Shown here one piece after another: positions 60,471-64,000 of a DNA stretch of 64,000 nucleotides. The number at the start of each line of letters is the position of its first letter. Position 1 is the first letter of the stretch. Made by a program: the position numbers and the translations under genes. Below the pieces are notes generated by a model. It was not told the origin of the DNA, searched no databases, and saw only the letters and a program-made list of their open reading frames with translations. Source of the DNA: a virus (lineage: Duplodnaviria; Caudoviricetes); the IMG/VR virus record IMGVR_UViG_3300028797_000004; one strand, 5' to 3'.

Positions 60471-60740
60471 ATGCAAGTTAATTGCAATATTGAGATTTCA
60501 CCTGAGGAACAGCAAGCATATGTAGATTATGCTATGCAGAAGTACCCAGATAGAAAAATAACTGAGTTAAATATTACTATCGGTGACGACGATTTCGTTG
60601 ACTTGAAAACAGTCTTTGAACCAGATAACTTCTGGCGAATAAGACGAATCACAGGTTACCTTGTAGGTACACTTGATAGATTCAATGATGGTAAACGAGC
60701 TGAAGAAGCCGATAGAGTAAAACATACAATAACAGATTAA
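60471..60740 (+). CDS. Stand-alone glycyl-radical domain of anaerobic RNR (NrdD C-terminus-like)
   Basis: RIRRITGYLVGTLDRFNDGKRAEEADRVKH. Confidence 0.75.
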   Translation: MQVNCNIEISPEEQQAYVDYAMQKYPDRKITELNITIGDDDFVDLKTVFEPDNFWRIRRITGYLVGTLDRFNDGKRAEEADRVKHTITD

Positions 60741-60796
60741 CAAACAGCGGGATGGGACACACGTCCTGTCCCGTTTTTGAATGGTGGTGAATACAT

Positions 60797-63700
60797 ATGC
60801 CATTAGGTGATATAATCAATACGCTTCCAGGCGACGATAGCAACGCACAAGCTAATGCAGCTGAGCAAATTGCATTGCTGAAATCAATGGACGCTACACT
60901 GAAGCAGCTTGTTCGCAACGGTCAGAATATATCTCGAGATAATGCATCAACTCGTATGAACGACTATCGTCAAGCGAATACATTCAGGAGTATGTCCAGT
61001 CCTAGAAGCTCTGTTGGTACTTTTGAAGAAGCTTTCAGAAAAGAGCTCATGGATGCTTTCATCGGCTCAGATTTCAAGAAGCAAGTAAAAGGCATTTTTC
61101 AAACACTTGCTGATGACTTAGGTGTATCTCTTAGTGACTTACCGCAGACCCTTGGAAAGACCTTAGGTAAGCAAGCTGCTGATCTGCTGAAAGGGACATC
61201 ATTAGGCCAAGCACTCAAGCAGAATGTTGGTGGTGCGCTACAGCGTGGTCTAGATTCTGTCAAAGCACGATATGAAGCTGGTAGAGAGCAATACTATAGA
61301 GATCACCCTAACGCTGTTAGACCCACACCTGTGCGCAATGCTTTAACAACTTCACGCTCTAGTGCAGAAAGCAGCAATACAGGTAAGAATATTGTTGATA
61401 GCATCTTCGGCGGTAAGAAGTCTCCTGCTAACATGAGTGTAGAGTCGCTTACAGTCTATGCAGAATCTGTAGTTATTCAAAAAGGTAAGAATGGTTCAGG
61501 CATTACAGATGCTGCTCAAGAGCTGCTATCTAAAGGTATGGATGCAGGTGATATTGGCGAAGCTGCTGGAGAGCTTGGAGCAAATGCTGACGGCGCAAGC
61601 GCAATGCTTGCGGGGCTGAAAAGTGCAGCTGAACCAATTCTTGAAATGGCTCCTGAGATCCTGGCTGTGCTTGTTGCACTGAAAGTTGCTGAACTTGCTG
61701 TTAAAGCAGCTATGTGGGCGCTTACACCAGCAATAGATGGTGCTAAAGAAGCTTTCAAGGAGTTTGCACGTGCAGCTAAACGTGAAAGCGAGAGTCGCAA
61801 GAAAGCAATTGAAGAAGGTCAGAAGCGTCTTGAAGCAGATGTTCATACAATGGTTGAAGCTCCATTCAAGATACTTGAAGAAGCTGCTCAAGCTCTGTAT
61901 GATACTTGGGATCAGAATCTCAGAACCATAGGTCAAACACAAGGTTATAACAAAGAGCAGTATCTAGGCTTGATGGGTGCATTCGCAGATAGGATTCGTA
62001 GCGAAGGTCTGGAGCGCGAAATTGCTGTATCTGATGTTACCAATAATCTTGCAAATGTTTTGAAGTCAGGCCTTACAGGTGCTATCGCAGAAGAGTTTGC
62101 ATACCAGGCTACAAAACTTAATGCTGCTGTACCGACTCAAGACTTCTTCGGTTATGCATCTACATATGGTGAGCTTGTAGCGAATGCTATACAGCGTCAA
62201 GGCATGACTCAAGAAGCTGCAATTGAGTATGCTACTAAAGAGCTCACTTCGTACGCAAGTGAACTCCTATATGCTTCTCGTGATTTATCACATGGCGTAA
62301 CAACAGGCCTCCAGAATGCGTCAGATATTTTTGCTCAATCTGTTCACATTGCTCAAGCTGGTAGAGTAAGCGACGTATCCAGCATCTCAGGTGTAATGAC
62401 TGCTGTGTCTGCTATCACAGGCGCAATTGCACCAGATCTTGCTTCTGCAATGACGGATGCAATCTATAAAGCAGCTACTGGTGGTAACAGCACCGAAATA
62501 GTTGCCCTTAGATCTCTCGCAGGTATCAATGCTTCTAATACAGAGTTCTTGAAGCAATTAGCTCAAGATCCACAATCCGTATTCGCTAATCTGTTTGACA
62601 CACTTGGTGCTCGACAGAAGATGTCAGAAGACGCATACATGGAAGTGGCTGAAGGGCTGTCTACTGTATTTGGCGTATCTATGGACGCATTCGCAAGAGT
62701 TGACTTCAATCAGCTTGCAGCTGCGATTCGCAACATGGATACAGGTAATGATGCAATCAATGAGAATCTGAGCTTGCTGATATCCGGCCAAACAACAACC
62801 AATAAGGAACAGCTGAAGTCTCAAGAGATAAATCAGTATATCTTAGAGAACGGCCTTTCATATGTAATTGATAGCGCAGAAGGCAGACTGATTCAGCAGC
62901 ATATGTGGGACGAGCAAATTGCATTGCAGATACAAGAAGCCACATATGGTGTTGAGCTACAAGGTAAAGCTCTCAACTTCCTCGAGGGTCTGCAAGAAAC
63001 TGCTGATAGAATCCTTACAATCATCAATCCACTACGTCTTGCTAATAAGGCATTCAATGCTATTGCATCTGTAGTTGAAACCAAAGCTCTTAAGACTGAT
63101 GTAGGTAAGCTGCTTGAAGCAACTAGAGTTGGTTCAAGTAATGCTCAGTCTTATTACAACTTAACTACAAGAGGTAAGCAGCTTACTGTTGTAGAAGATC
63201 TGCTCACAATGCTCGGTAGTAGCTCAGCTTACACAGGTGTATCTACTGCTAGAAAAGCTGGATCGGCTAGAGCTAACTATATGCTTGGCGGTAACAGTGC
63301 TTCTGTCTGGGGTTGGCTGTCTACTTCAGCTGATATTAATAAGTATGGCAAAACATTTGATGCTGAAGCTTCGCAATTTGCTAGACCTACTTCGCTATAC
63401 AATTGGGGCAACATCAGTAAGAATACTGCACAAGCTGCTTTCTCTAAGAATTATGATGGTGTAGTAGCTACAAGCTTAACTCAAGAAACTATGCAGTCCG
63501 CATCTGATCAAGCAGCAATGGAAGCTGCAAAATCAGCAGAGAAGAAGATCAATGATGCGTTCAAGTACATGTCTGATTACATATCAGACAAAGGTGCCGA
63601 CGCAACTTATGAGGGTTGGGCTAAGAAAGCTCGTTCGCTGTATGGTATATCTGACCTTGCGAAAACACTTGAAACTGTCGGCATGACAGAAGCACAAGCA

Positions 63701-64000
63701 ATGAGCCAATTTGATTCAGCAATGACTCAAGTAGCTGCGGCTAAAGAGGCTGACAGAAAGACTCAAGAAGAGAACTTCTGGCGTGATTCACTTGAGAAGA
63801 TGGATACACGCACTGACGTGCTTACAACTATGAAAGAAATGCTTGAATCGAAGCTTGACAAAATGATTAACAAACTCGGAAGCTTCTACAAAGACTGGAC
63901 AGACTACTACATACATCACACTTATTATGATCAAGCTGGTATGAGCTACACTAAGGTGGCTGAAATTCAAGCTCAAGAAAAAGAAAGTTCTGATACAGCA
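60797..64000 (+). CDS. Tape measure protein, 3'-truncated
   Basis: ATG 60797 (MPLGDIINTL...); appears open to the window end (>1000 aa, absent from the ORF track because it has no stop); Ala/Gln-rich helical; follows the tail chaperone. Confidence 0.75.
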   Translation, partial: MPLGDIINTLPGDDSNAQANAAEQIALLKSMDATLKQLVRNGQNISRDNASTRMNDYRQANTFRSMSSPRSSVGTFEEAFRKELMDAFIGSDFKKQVKGIFQTLADDLGVSLSDLPQTLGKTLGKQAADLLKGTSLGQALKQNVGGALQRGLDSVKARYEAGREQYYRDHPNAVRPTPVRNALTTSRSSAESSNTGKNIVDSIFGGKKSPANMSVESLTVYAESVVIQKGKNGSGITDAAQELLSKGMDAGDIGEAAGELGANADGASAMLAGLKSAAEPILEMAPEILAVLVALKVAELAVKAAMWALTPAIDGAKEAFKEFARAAKRESESRKKAIEEGQKRLEADVHTMVEAPFKILEEAAQALYDTWDQNLRTIGQTQGYNKEQYLGLMGAFADRIRSEGLEREIAVSDVTNNLANVLKSGLTGAIAEEFAYQATKLNAAVPTQDFFGYASTYGELVANAIQRQGMTQEAAIEYATKELTSYASELLYASRDLSHGVTTGLQNASDIFAQSVHIAQAGRVSDVSSISGVMTAVSAITGAIAPDLASAMTDAIYKAATGGNSTEIVALRSLAGINASNTEFLKQLAQDPQSVFANLFDTLGARQKMSEDAYMEVAEGLSTVFGVSMDAFARVDFNQLAAAIRNMDTGNDAINENLSLLISGQTTTNKEQLKSQEINQYILENGLSYVIDSAEGRLIQQHMWDEQIALQIQEATYGVELQGKALNFLEGLQETADRILTIINPLRLANKAFNAIASVVETKALKTDVGKLLEATRVGSSNAQSYYNLTTRGKQLTVVEDLLTMLGSSSAYTGVSTARKAGSARANYMLGGNSASVWGWLSTSADINKYGKTFDAEASQFARPTSLYNWGNISKNTAQAAFSKNYDGVVATSLTQETMQSASDQAAMEAAKSAEKKINDAFKYMSDYISDKGADATYEGWAKKARSLYGISDLAKTLETVGMTEAQAMSQFDSAMTQVAAAKEADRKTQEENFWRDSLEKMDTRTDVLTTMKEMLESKLDKMINKLGSFYKDWTDYYIHHTYYDQAGMSYTKVAEIQAQEKESSDTA

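Noticed and set aside
281-63976. Minus-strand ORFs in the track
   Set aside because: Nearly all are antisense shadows of + strand genes or RNAs, with no recognisable motifs
1-64000. Stop-codon reassignment
   Set aside because: Conserved genes are intact in the standard code, TAA, TGA and TAG all act as stops, and no suppressor tRNA is seen

Overview
Segment of a large contractile-tailed dsDNA phage genome. The host is probably an anaerobic Bacillota/Clostridia (inferred from GGAGG RBSs, sigmaA-type promoters, SigF/G-like sigmas, a SleB-type hydrolase and an NrdD domain). Essentially all real genes are on the + strand in the standard code. Contents: Pol III-type clamp-loader subunits, RecA and a resolvase; a Tad1-like anti-defence sponge; a 7-deazaguanine DNA-modification set (queF, dpdA-like, queC, distant queE); a TerL with a mini-intein, a degenerate LigA-like protein, portal, neck and sheath; holins, a UvrD helicase, an SMC-like ATPase, ThyX and two tandem sigma factors; two TnpB loci; a tRNA/ncRNA island; tail-fibre and Trp-rich repeat proteins; and a tail tube, tail chaperone and tape measure (truncated at the window end). 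Most notable: (1) about a dozen unrelated proteins share an N-terminal MK-x-Y-[IV]-x-A / [IV]-T-A-[AS] tag, a candidate capsid-targeting/protease-cleavage system for injected cargo; (2) three dispersed 31-nt hairpins with tRNA-minihelix geometry (12 bp, 7-nt GUARUGA loop, CCA-like tail) in the tRNA island; (3) a TnpB that has lost its transposon ends and whose omegaRNA sits behind a phage promoter motif; (4) two phage promoter motifs that may match the two sigma factors. All family assignments come from motif recognition by eye; no searches were run.
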